DNA of 23,172 nucleotides from Candidatus Sumerlaeales bacterium (GTDB lineage: Bacteria; Sumerlaeota; Sumerlaeia; Sumerlaeales; Sumerlaeaceae), in NCBI GenBank assembly GCA_038243585.1, contig JBBSQY010000050.1, positions 1-23,172 on the forward strand, read 5' to 3'. The position numbers and the translations under genes are program-made. The number at the start of each line of letters is the position of its first letter. Position 1 is the stretch's first letter. Under the pieces are notes generated by a model. That model saw only the letters and a list, made by a program, of their open reading frames with translations, did no database searches and had not been told where the DNA came from. Below are positions 1 to 8,868 of this stretch, in pieces.

Positions 1-171
1 TAACAAAACAACCTGGGTACCCGTCTCGCCATAAACCCGATCGAGTGTTTCACGAAACTTCGCCGGAACAGCAACCCGCTGGGCGCTGTCCATGCGAAGC
101 GGATAGTTTCCCGTAAACCCCGAGAAAGCATCTGTGTTAGCTGGATCAATTATGTCGTCTGATTTACCCAT
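1..171 (-). CDS. mraZ: MraZ transcriptional regulator, N-terminal part (runs off the window edge)
   Basis: Manual translation from ATG at 171: MGKSDDIIDPANTDAFSGFTGNYPLRMDSAQRVAVPAKFRETLDRVYGETGTQVVLL. FxGxY..MD...R+.+PAKFR..L is the first SpoVT/AbrB repeat signature of MraZ. Not in the ORF track. Confidence 0.88.
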   Translation of the reverse strand, partial: MGKSDDIIDPANTDAFSGFTGNYPLRMDSAQRVAVPAKFRETLDRVYGETGTQVVLL

Positions 172-190
172 AATCTCCCAGAATTCCCCA
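166..190 (-). promoter_or_regulatory. MraZ operator: three TGGGN direct repeats at 10-bp period
   Basis: Minus strand reads TGGGG-aattc-TGGGA-gatta-TGGGT (186-190, 176-180, 166-170), matching the known MraZ binding repeat architecture directly at the mraZ start. Confidence 0.8.
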
Positions 191-852
191 GGAATATGCA
201 AAGTCTTAACGTCAGCCCCCACGAACCTGCAATAGAAAAATGCATCTATTTCACTATTGTTAGAGCACTGATACGCTTAGCGTTAGCACAGCAGAACGAA
301 TGTTCTATATTAAGGCAGTTTGTATGGTAAAAACTACACAAAACGTTGATTTTTCGGGGGATATAACTCTGGATGTTGAGCTGGGATGGACTTTGGTAAC
401 TCCGCAGGCGTCTATTAAAAAAGTTTCCAGAGTGCGATATTTTGTGGGATATCGGGAGTGATGGAAACGGTGGGGTTTTGGTTTCTTTTGTTAAGAGTTT
501 TCCACAGGGCCAAAAAAAATTAATTGTTTACGGTGCAAGGTCTTATTTGCTAAGCGTTTAGCCCCGTCTATTAGGTACTTAATTAACGGTTCTGCATGGC
601 GGATGGTATCAAATCCGAATAGTGTCAGAACGCTTGTAGAGATGTGTGGAGTGTTCATGAGTGAATCTGTGCACGATCATCCAGGTGCCGGGCTATTCCC
701 GCAGGGGAACTTAGCAGAAAGAAATGCAGGGGTAGGCATGGAAAAGACCATCTGCTTCCGGGCTGTTGCCGGTGCCTGAGGGGTTACGCTCTCGGCAGCA
801 GATGGTCCAATTTACATTTGAGAAGCTTTTTCTCAATTTGAGGGTTGGTGGA

Positions 853-1089
853 TTACTCCGCGCGGTCGTCCACGCCTGTGACCCCGGACTTCTTCGCACA
901 ATGGGCACAGCAATAGAAAGTACCATCAGCTTCTACCCCATGCCCGATGATCCGGCAATCGCAGTGATCGCAAGTGGGTGCCATCATGTGAATGGCACAC
1001 TCAAAGCAGTCAAACGTATGAGTAGTCCCCTCCCGGGTTACCGTCATAGGCTTGTCGTACGCGTTTCCACAAACTTCGCATTGTTCCAT
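853..1089 (-). CDS. Small Cys/His-rich metal-binding protein (prokaryotic metallothionein-like, TRASH/YHS-like repeats), 78 aa
   Basis: MEQCEVCG...FDCFECAIH...CDHCDC..GHGVEADG.FYCCAHCA has 10 Cys and 5 His. GGAG RBS lies before ATG 1089. The longer ORF-track start at 1161 overlaps the promoter and is unlikely. Confidence 0.85.
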   Translation of the reverse strand: MEQCEVCGNAYDKPMTVTREGTTHTFDCFECAIHMMAPTCDHCDCRIIGHGVEADGTFYCCAHCAKKSGVTGVDDRAE

Positions 1090-1144
1090 TGTATCATCTC
1101 CGTGGGATATAGGCCAGTAGTCAAAGAGCCGTTGCCAACGGCTA

Positions 1145-1160
1145 TGCAAAACCGGTGCCA
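1145..1160 (-). promoter_or_regulatory. sigma54 (-24/-12) promoter
   Basis: Minus strand TGGCAC-CGGTT-TTGCA is an exact match to TGGCAC-N5-TTGCW, 55 nt upstream of ATG 1089. Confidence 0.8.
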
Positions 1161-1338
1161 TGAATTCTTGGGCGCGTTTTGTACATCTTCGGCCAGACGA
1201 TCCCCTTTATCCGCAGTCTGTTCACCCAATAAAATTTAATTTCCTGCTGGCACGCAACACTCGCCTATCCTAATCATTTATAGGAGTAACTGCTAACGAT
1301 TTGATCGGGAGTGAGGATAATGGACTAAGGAGCGTGGC

Positions 1339-3684
1339 ATGAATCAGCAAACACTTGTAGAAGATCCCATGATAAGTGACGCCACACTCCGCAGCCCAGA
1401 TGCATTTGCGGAGATGGCGCAGCGGTTTTATGGCCGCGTCTACTTCACCGCGCTGGCTATCGTGCGACAGGCTGACACCGCTGAGGACATCGCACAGGAA
1501 ACTTTTCTGCGCGCATGGCTGAAGCGTGACGCGGTGAAGCAGCCCGCGCTGGTGCTCCAGCCATGGCTTGTGCGCATCGCCACCAACCTGGCGCTGCAGT
1601 GGCTGCGGACGGGACAGCAGAGGTCGCGGCTGCTGCCGCTCATTCCAATGGAGGATGTCACTGTGGAACCTGTCGATGATACGAAACTTGATCCGCGACA
1701 GGCTGCTGGATCCGTCGAGCAGCGGAGTCAGGTGGAAGAAGCGGTAATGGCCCTGCCCACGGAACTGCGGCATGTGGTACTTCTTCATTATGCAGAAGGA
1801 CTCTCGGTCAGAGACATTGCACGTATGAACGGCGAGGCGCCGTCAACGGTGACGCGCCGGATGGAAAAGGCCCGCGCGCAGTTGCGTCAGCACTTGGAGA
1901 ACGGTTTTTCTGCCGGTCTGGCGATGCTGAAACCGCGCCACGGTCAGACGCAGAAAATTTTCGGAATAATAACCGCTGCCGCAGCCATCCCCGCCGCAGC
2001 TCGCGCCCAACTGCGTCAGATGGCCTCCGACACTCCCCCTCCCCCAACAGCCGATGCGATCACATCCGCCGCCGACGCGGCAACCATAGAGGAAACAGGT
2101 GTTATGAAGAGCATCATTGCGAAACTGGGAGCAGCAAAGATAATAGCAGGAGCCGCTGTGATCGCGGCGGTTGGCGGTGCAGTCTATGGGGTAAATCAGA
2201 TAACGCGTATTGAACCGGGACGGTCTTCGGTTAACATTGCAGGCAGCCGCGACACCAAGGTTCAGGCTCTAGAAGACAACCAAGCCCATCGGCAATTTTC
2301 GACTTCCGCTTCACCGAAAACCATAGCAGCGACTGAAGAGAAAATAGATAAACTTACAATCGGGAAAAAGCGGTCTGTGTCCGATCGCATTGCGTTACTC
2401 GAAAACGATCTCGTCAGCACACGTCCCACGTTTGTAGCAGGTGACGGCAAGACATCTGCCGGCATCTACCTGGATATGCTCGTTGTCGATGGTAGCGGAT
2501 TCCCTGTTGAAGGTGCAACTCTCAATCTGTACGAACTCAAATATCAGGAAGCTTTTGCGTCCGGGACCAGCACGTTTCCTTCTGATACAACTGGTACCAT
2601 AATGATAAGTGGTGGCTACAAACTGATGCCAGTTATAAGTAACGCTTCGGGGCTGGCTAGAATCTTTGTCCCGCAATATACAGGAGAACATCTTACAAGT
2701 AGCTTTAGCGTAAGAGCGGCACATCCAGACTTCACGGCCACTTTCGCTGAAATAGAACTCACCAGCGTTACTAAAATCGTAATGACGGGCGGCCAGTCCA
2801 TTGAAGTTATTCCTGTAGATGCAGCTACTTCTACGCCGATTTTGGCTGGAGTAACGCCGGTAGTAGAGAGCGATTTTAAACCGGATTGGGAACAGCGTCC
2901 GGATGGGATGATAGCTTTTCGCAGGATCAGTGGTGAAAGCCTGCACTTTTACTTACAGTACACGGCCCCCAATGGCCGCAAGCTCTTGTCGGAATACAAA
3001 AAAGTTAATGCTGCATCTGCTGGCGACGAACCTATTACCGTGGCACTTAATCCCACGTATCAGGTGCGGGGAACGCTGAGCGTGAATGTACCAAGGCCTG
3101 TTAATAATGTAAAAGTGCAGGCCCAAGCTTCAGTACCATTATCCTCCACTAAGCTCGGGTGGCAGGAAGTGGAGGTGGCCCATGATGGATCTTTTCTTCT
3201 TACCGGTCTGCCGCCAGGTGACATTCTAATCTCTGCCCTGAGCGAAGGCTATAATTCGACGCGTCCAGAGGACAGCCCGCCAACTGAAACACTCTCCCTG
3301 CCCCAACGTTTGCGCCTGACAGGTAACAATCAAGAGTACGTGCTGCCTATGGCCGCAAGAGGCACGTTGAGAGTTAAGGTCGTCGATGCACAGCAACAGC
3401 CGGTAGACGGTGCAACAGTACTATGTCTGTCGCAAATTTCTTTTAATAGTCGTAATAGCGAGCGATGGGAGGATGACGTTATTGTGCGTTCCGACAAAGA
3501 TGGCGTCGCAGTACTCACTGGACTCCCCGCTGATCAATTCAATAGATTATTTGTAAGGGGGGAATGGCAGCTTGAGGGTGATCCTGTGGGAGAAACCGGA
3601 TTAGTAAATCGCTTGAAGGAATTCCAGTTGAGCTCAGGAGAGACGAGGGATGTAACTGTAACAGTGGAACCCTCTACTGAGTAG
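1339..3684 (+). CDS. ECF (sigma70 group 4) sigma factor fused to a TM segment and a large extracytoplasmic region with carboxypeptidase-regulatory-like modules
   Basis: Region 2 (AEDIAQETFLRAW...WLVRIATN), region 4 (LHYAEGLSVRDIARMNG..PSTVTRRMEKARAQLR), Ala-rich linker, hydrophobic KIIAGAAVIAAVGGAVYGV, then VVDGSGFPVEGATL, DGSFLLTGLPPG and VVDAQQQPVDGATV modules. AGGAG RBS. Confidence 0.88.
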   Translation: MNQQTLVEDPMISDATLRSPDAFAEMAQRFYGRVYFTALAIVRQADTAEDIAQETFLRAWLKRDAVKQPALVLQPWLVRIATNLALQWLRTGQQRSRLLPLIPMEDVTVEPVDDTKLDPRQAAGSVEQRSQVEEAVMALPTELRHVVLLHYAEGLSVRDIARMNGEAPSTVTRRMEKARAQLRQHLENGFSAGLAMLKPRHGQTQKIFGIITAAAAIPAAARAQLRQMASDTPPPPTADAITSAADAATIEETGVMKSIIAKLGAAKIIAGAAVIAAVGGAVYGVNQITRIEPGRSSVNIAGSRDTKVQALEDNQAHRQFSTSASPKTIAATEEKIDKLTIGKKRSVSDRIALLENDLVSTRPTFVAGDGKTSAGIYLDMLVVDGSGFPVEGATLNLYELKYQEAFASGTSTFPSDTTGTIMISGGYKLMPVISNASGLARIFVPQYTGEHLTSSFSVRAAHPDFTATFAEIELTSVTKIVMTGGQSIEVIPVDAATSTPILAGVTPVVESDFKPDWEQRPDGMIAFRRISGESLHFYLQYTAPNGRKLLSEYKKVNAASAGDEPITVALNPTYQVRGTLSVNVPRPVNNVKVQAQASVPLSSTKLGWQEVEVAHDGSFLLTGLPPGDILISALSEGYNSTRPEDSPPTETLSLPQRLRLTGNNQEYVLPMAARGTLRVKVVDAQQQPVDGATVLCLSQISFNSRNSERWEDDVIVRSDKDGVAVLTGLPADQFNRLFVRGEWQLEGDPVGETGLVNRLKEFQLSSGETRDVTVTVEPSTE

Positions 3685-3795
3685 TTGAACAAGCTTTTGA
3701 AGTTGTTATTTTTGTTAATTTGCCAGAGCGTTTTCTCAACTACAATTTTTACGGCCCTGCTTTCTAGCACACTTACAGATGGAGCGAGATGAGAT

Positions 3796-5547
3796 ATGAA
3801 CGCTTATTACGGCGTCAGGCAATTTATAACGGGGTGCATGCTGCTATGTAACATTGCGACAGTTGCGGCTTCCGAGATTACCGCTGGGTGGGAGTTGCCA
3901 GCCATTCATGTCACAGATGAAAATGACAGGCCGGTAGCCGGGGCTGAGGTATCCGTGATACTAGGAAACTGGCCAATGACCGCATTTTATGTGAAGTGCA
4001 CGGCCAAGAATGGCAGAGTGATTTTTACCGAAAAAGATTCCTATAACCGCTTTAATTCTCCACCGAAGGGGAAAATGCGGGTGATGGCGCTGGCGCCAGG
4101 AAAGGCGCCTGCATTTGTCCAGTGGGATCTGCCTACAAGCAATGCCCTGACTATCAAAGCAGTGACGGGTACGCCAGTGGATATTATCTTAGAGCCGGAA
4201 GATGAACGGCCCATTCCTGAGGGTTTATCCCCATCGATCTACCCGTCGGAGTACGCCTTTTGCTTTTCGACCAGGAGTGGAAGAGACTTCCAATCCAGAT
4301 GGCCTAAAAAGGTGGAGAAGAACCGTTACCGAATCTACCTGGGGGAGACGACTCAGCCGCTGTACCTGGGAATCAATGATCCTGCCTATCTGATCGGGTA
4401 CAGGGAGACGTTTGAGACGACAGCAGCGCTGCAGACGGGAAAAGTGACGATGAGGCTACCGAAGCCGGGGAAGATTCAAATCAGCCTAGGTGCAGAGGAA
4501 TCTGTTACCTCGGGGCCACGCCCGGCGCTGGAACTAAAGTTCAACCGGCGGATTGTTCTAAATGACGGCCTAGCTTCGAAAGCCACCTTTTATAACTCTC
4601 ATCTGGACCCAGATTGGACCAGCCAAACAATTACGCTGGAAAATGTTGCATCCACTCATGGCCCTGATGACGACATTTCTGCAGTGCTTCACACAGAGGA
4701 AAAGCGGGAAAGTGCTGCCGATCGTAAGAAGAATTCGTACAGAGAAATTCATTCCATCCAGCTCTCGACCGGCGAAACAACAGCAGTCGAATTTACTTAC
4801 CGCGACTTCAGCCCAAGTGTGTTTATGGGAAATTGCACCGCGACGTTTCGGTTCAAACGAGCCGACGGAACGCCGGCTGCTGGCATAAATTTGCATATCA
4901 TGGCGAGCCATCCAGCTTTTTCGAACTGGTACAGCCTGCTTAAGGGACCTGTTGACGAGACCGGCACCACAGTCATTACCGGTCTGTCGTCTGATGCCAC
5001 TTATATAATTCACAAAGGCTGGGGCGACACACAAAACATTGGCGGGCACATTAGTTTTAAAGATGGTGAGACCTCCATCACGAAAGAATTTACCCTGGCA
5101 CTCAACGAAGGTGATGAGGCGCCCGATGTGACGTTTTTTGACCTGGAAACGAGCGAGCCTGTGCAGCTTTCTGATTTGAGGGGGCAGGTCGTGCTTTTGG
5201 ATTTCTGGGCAAGCTGGTGCGGCCCGTGCCAGGAACCAATGGCGACGAACCAGTCGATCATGAAAAAAAGGGCGGGTGACTGGAAGGGCAGGGCAACCAT
5301 ACTGGCAGCCAGCGTGGAAGCCGACAAGCAGGCGGCATTAACGCATGTGAACAGAAAAGGTTGGACCGCTATGCGGCATGTCTGGTGTGGCGACAAGGAC
5401 AAGGAGAAAAACGCCAGCCAGATATTTGGAGTTAAGGGAATTCCGGCGGCCTTTCTGATCAATAAAAAGGGTGTGATTGTCTGGGCGGGGCACCCCGTTA
5501 ATTTGAAGGTGGAAGAGGAGATTGAGCGTCTGCTGGCAGAGCCCTGA
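3796..5547 (+). CDS. Exported TlpA/ResA-like thiol-disulfide oxidoreductase with a long N-terminal extension
   Basis: Signal-like N-terminus, VTDENDRPVAGAEV module, and a C-terminal thioredoxin fold: GDEAPD...LSDLRGQVVLLDFWASWCGPC...FGVKGIPAAFLINKKGVI. Confidence 0.88.
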   Translation: MNAYYGVRQFITGCMLLCNIATVAASEITAGWELPAIHVTDENDRPVAGAEVSVILGNWPMTAFYVKCTAKNGRVIFTEKDSYNRFNSPPKGKMRVMALAPGKAPAFVQWDLPTSNALTIKAVTGTPVDIILEPEDERPIPEGLSPSIYPSEYAFCFSTRSGRDFQSRWPKKVEKNRYRIYLGETTQPLYLGINDPAYLIGYRETFETTAALQTGKVTMRLPKPGKIQISLGAEESVTSGPRPALELKFNRRIVLNDGLASKATFYNSHLDPDWTSQTITLENVASTHGPDDDISAVLHTEEKRESAADRKKNSYREIHSIQLSTGETTAVEFTYRDFSPSVFMGNCTATFRFKRADGTPAAGINLHIMASHPAFSNWYSLLKGPVDETGTTVITGLSSDATYIIHKGWGDTQNIGGHISFKDGETSITKEFTLALNEGDEAPDVTFFDLETSEPVQLSDLRGQVVLLDFWASWCGPCQEPMATNQSIMKKRAGDWKGRATILAASVEADKQAALTHVNRKGWTAMRHVWCGDKDKEKNASQIFGVKGIPAAFLINKKGVIVWAGHPVNLKVEEEIERLLAEP

Positions 5548-5689
5548 AGTTTTTAGCTCTAGTCTAGATATAAAAAGTCACTGGCGCTGTCGATCCTGCC
5601 ACTTCTGATCTTATCTGGATAATAAATTTCCCATTTAAGTGGGATTAAGCACTTTCCGAAAAGACTGTAGCCGAAACTAGGGTCAAACA

Positions 5690-8518
5690 TCATTCCAGCG
5701 ATTTGCCAATTCTTAGCAGTTCTTTTTTCGCGGCTTTGTGCCCGCCTGCTGCTGATTTTAACAGAGCATTTATGGCCATGTCATGGGATTGCCCCGTGAG
5801 ATCTTTTCGGGCCACATTTCCTGCGGCCGTGATGGCTGTTCTGTTTCCGCTTACAGTGGCCGAGGATAGTCCGTCCATCACCATGAACCACAATGAACGA
5901 TTGTTGATATCTTTGGTTTGCCCCGCCAAAAATGTGATAGCTTTTGGATAGCCCTTCTGGGCGGGAGCTACGAGATGCATTACGGCCTCGCACTGTAGAA
6001 GTGAGTTTGTTTTGTAATCCACCAAGAAGTCGATCATCTCCTGGTCGCCCAGTGCGGCGGCGCGTCCGACAGCAAAACCCGCCCATGACCGTAGCTTGGG
6101 GCGCTGCATAGAGTTCAGGATGGCCTCGCGGGCAGCTACATTTCCTTGAGCAGCGCTTTCCCCTAGTATGTCAAACGAATCGGCCGTTAATTCAATGAGG
6201 CGTGAGCCATCCGTTGGTGGATCGCTCTCTTCTTTTTCGCGAACAGGCTGGGTCAGTTTCTCCAGCCGATCCAGCGCCGCGGTTCCACCGTTGGGCAACG
6301 CAAGTATTGCGGCTTCAAATAGAGCTGGTGAAAATAAAGGTTGGTCTGCTGGCGCTAATTCTGAACCATCGTATTCCATTACTAAAAGACCGGCATCGCC
6401 GCAAGCGGCGTAAAATTGATTATTTGCAAAAGCTACGTCAGAGATATTGAGATCCGGGAACGCGCTGGCGAGCAGCCGGGGTTCGTCTGCGTTTGAGAGA
6501 TCAATAAGTGCCATACCCGGCCGGTTGCTGTAAGCTGCCGCGTAAAGGCCAGAAATCGTTACATCTTCGTATTCGTCAATTTCCACTAGGCCGCGCAGGC
6601 GTGGGTGGCGGGGGTTTATCCCATCGATAACCTGAAGCTTACCGTTGCCTACGGCGCAGGCGAGGGCGCCTTGACCATCGAACCCAAATGCCCAATTCTG
6701 CATTGTCTGCGTGGTGAGAACTGTAGCCACATCCCTGTCGTTAGGAAGCTGCATTGTGACGAGTTGGTGGCCGCAAACGGCGGCGATAATCTGATCGGTG
6801 ATCGGCCAGGCATAGCTGTAATTGCTACTGGCCCGATAGAGCAGCGGCGCAGAGGAAAAGCAATCCCCTGGAGAGGCAACCTTTAAATTGCCAGAAGTCG
6901 CGATAACCACTCGATCACCGACAGGGGCGATCTGTTTAATGTAATCATTTGTCGGTTTATTTTTTTCACTACAGCGAAAATGCGGTGTGTCTGGATTGCT
7001 GATATCTACGACAATAATCTCGCCATTATAGGTGCCGAGAATGATGGCGGGTCCGGAGGAAAACATATCGTTTATTGATCCCGGGACCTGCAAGGAGCCG
7101 CGGAGACGTAAAGTTTTCTCATTGGGTGATAGTACCAGAAGTTTACGTTCCGAGCCTACTGCAAGATCCCGGCCGCTCACGGCCAAGTGGCTGGCAGTAC
7201 CCAAGAGTGGAATAGTAGCGCAAACTACGGCGCTGGTGCGGTCGGAGTTTATCGTAAAAACGATGCATCGGGAATCTGCATTTAAACCGTTGCTGAGGTT
7301 GGCTGCCGCCAGATTACCGTCTATTACAGGCGTCGTTCGGCTGTAACCGCCCTCTGTATCAGGCAGTTTTTCTGTGAGGAACCGCGGGGCATCAGTCTCG
7401 TGCGCAGGCTTCTCCATTAATGCTTCTCTTTTATTATCAAAGAGGACTTGAAAAGCGAGCTGCTGGTCGCGCAGAGCATTGGCTAAGTGCGATTCATCTT
7501 TATCAGCCAGGAGAGCCGGGCGGAGCGGGTCTGCGAAATCGACAAGTTGCAGGCCGTAGAAATTGTCATTGATTGCGCCGATGGTACCTGAGCAAAGAAG
7601 ATCCTTCACCGCCACTTCTGGCAACCCCGCATCATAGGCGCGACAGGGCCTCTCCGCAAGGTCAACCATCACCAGTCCAAAGCTTCCAGCCACGTAGACG
7701 CGTTCCCCCGCCGCTCGCGCGCGGGTCGCGTCGCCCGGTAGTTGGATTGTGGACTTAATCTGCAGACCGTTTGTCGTAACGTCGCAGACAACGAGCAGAT
7801 TGTTGTCAATTACGGCAGTCAGCTGGTCTTCGCAAAGGATCGGTAATTTCACCGGGCGTGCGAAGAATTGTTTTCCAATTTCGCGTGGCGCTGACTTTGC
7901 AAAAATATCATACATGGTGATGCAGTTTCCCTCGGCCAAGCAGAGGCGCTGGCGTTGGGAGTCAATCGCGATGCCGTTGGCTGTTCCGCCGATCATATCG
8001 ACAATGCGAACCGAGGGAGCCCCGGCACTAAGCGGCAGGGCAGAGGTTGTGAGTTCGACATGGAGTTCAGAAGCAACACGCGGCTGCACAGGCTTTAAAG
8101 GTTCAACTTTGGGCAAGACATCAGATGTTCCAGATAAGGTGTTTAGGTTATATACGAGAGTTTCCGGTTCCCGGCTGCGGTAGCGGCTGCGAGTGACTGC
8201 GACTTGATCTTTATTTTTGTATTTGACCGACTGAACCCAGGCACGATACTCGGGGTCCATGTCATAAAGGTGAGTTTTACCATCCTGTAGCAGATGGAGC
8301 CGGACGCGGTCACGGTCGAGAGTTTGCCAACGGGCACTGTTTTGAGAGTCAAAACTGGCCGGAACGGATTCTGAGGTTGTAATGTTTGTATGAGCGGGAG
8401 CTGCAACGGCGGGCACTACCGCTGCAAGAGGTGCAAGGAAGCATAGGGCATAACAAAACTGCCGGCCAAAAGCTAGCATACCAGAAACATAAAGTATGGA
8501 TTTTGTTTTATCATCCAA
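5690..8518 (-). CDS. Secreted LVIVD-repeat (beta-propeller) protein with an Ala-rich helical C-terminal domain
   Basis: Signal-like LAPLAAVVPAVAA. Repeats GLVMVDLA, GLQLVDFADPLRP, IIVVDISNPDTP, LQVIDGINPRHP, MALIDLSNADEP. HEAT-like helical tail. Start codon uncertain. Confidence 0.75.
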   Translation of the reverse strand: MDDKTKSILYVSGMLAFGRQFCYALCFLAPLAAVVPAVAAPAHTNITTSESVPASFDSQNSARWQTLDRDRVRLHLLQDGKTHLYDMDPEYRAWVQSVKYKNKDQVAVTRSRYRSREPETLVYNLNTLSGTSDVLPKVEPLKPVQPRVASELHVELTTSALPLSAGAPSVRIVDMIGGTANGIAIDSQRQRLCLAEGNCITMYDIFAKSAPREIGKQFFARPVKLPILCEDQLTAVIDNNLLVVCDVTTNGLQIKSTIQLPGDATRARAAGERVYVAGSFGLVMVDLAERPCRAYDAGLPEVAVKDLLCSGTIGAINDNFYGLQLVDFADPLRPALLADKDESHLANALRDQQLAFQVLFDNKREALMEKPAHETDAPRFLTEKLPDTEGGYSRTTPVIDGNLAAANLSNGLNADSRCIVFTINSDRTSAVVCATIPLLGTASHLAVSGRDLAVGSERKLLVLSPNEKTLRLRGSLQVPGSINDMFSSGPAIILGTYNGEIIVVDISNPDTPHFRCSEKNKPTNDYIKQIAPVGDRVVIATSGNLKVASPGDCFSSAPLLYRASSNYSYAWPITDQIIAAVCGHQLVTMQLPNDRDVATVLTTQTMQNWAFGFDGQGALACAVGNGKLQVIDGINPRHPRLRGLVEIDEYEDVTISGLYAAAYSNRPGMALIDLSNADEPRLLASAFPDLNISDVAFANNQFYAACGDAGLLVMEYDGSELAPADQPLFSPALFEAAILALPNGGTAALDRLEKLTQPVREKEESDPPTDGSRLIELTADSFDILGESAAQGNVAAREAILNSMQRPKLRSWAGFAVGRAAALGDQEMIDFLVDYKTNSLLQCEAVMHLVAPAQKGYPKAITFLAGQTKDINNRSLWFMVMDGLSSATVSGNRTAITAAGNVARKDLTGQSHDMAINALLKSAAGGHKAAKKELLRIGKSLE

Positions 8519-8714
8519 AACATTTCCTCGATCGGTTTATAAGAGACGGCCCACCGCAATACTCTTTTTGCTCTTCATTACGTCGGTTGGCGTGGGCGTA
8601 TTGCGTTGTTTTTTTGGGATTTTGACACAAAGGCAGTAACACTAAAGAAAAGCAGAAGCAGGAAATGCTAATTTGCTCGACAGCGTTTGACGGGTGCGCT
8701 TCGCGCACGGTTAA

Positions 8715-8740
8715 GGCGGCGACGGGTCGCCGCAGTCCAT
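8715..8740. repeat. Short GC-rich palindrome (REP-like)
   Basis: GCGGCGAC-GG-GTCGCCGC perfect stem followed by AGTCCAT, in intergenic DNA. Confidence 0.55.
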
Positions 8741-8743
8741 GAC

Positions 8744-8868
8744 GTTTTGTTTTATGTTTACGGCTGTGGACGGCCCGGCGGGCCTTCCCTACCTATAGGT
8801 TTTGTTTTATGTTTACGGCTGCGGACGGCCCGGCAGGCCATCCCAACCTGTTTTGCTTTATGTTACGG
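8744..8868. repeat. Tandem repeat (55 bp + 51 bp + partial unit); each full unit carries a GTAG-type REP
   Basis: Units start at 8744, 8799 and 8850 with GTTTTG(T/C)TTTATGTT(T)ACGG. REP cores are GGACGGCCCGGCGGGCCTTCCCTACC (8768-8793) and GGACGGCCCGGCAGGCCATCCCAACC (8823-8848). Confidence 0.85.

Noticed and set aside
445..475. Additional TGGGA/CGGGA/TGGAA/TGGGG motifs on the plus strand
   Set aside because: Spacing is irregular (8-9 bp) and orientation is opposite to the operator, so these are not convincing MraZ boxes.
498..506. DnaA-box match TTTTCCACA in the AT-rich spacer upstream of mraZ
   Set aside because: Single consensus box with no clear cluster; insufficient to call oriC or DnaA regulation.
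766..1239. 157-aa plus-strand ORF
   Set aside because: Antisense to the metallothionein-like gene and its sigma54 promoter, with no recognisable motif.
1253..1283. GCAAC-N16-CATTTA as an autoregulated ECF promoter
   Set aside because: The -10 element lacks the typical CGT, and I found no second copy in the window to support the motif.
8744..8868. Possible mini CRISPR array
   Set aside because: The intervening sequences are near-identical rather than unique spacers, there are only about 2.3 units, and no cas genes are present. REP tandem duplication explains it better.
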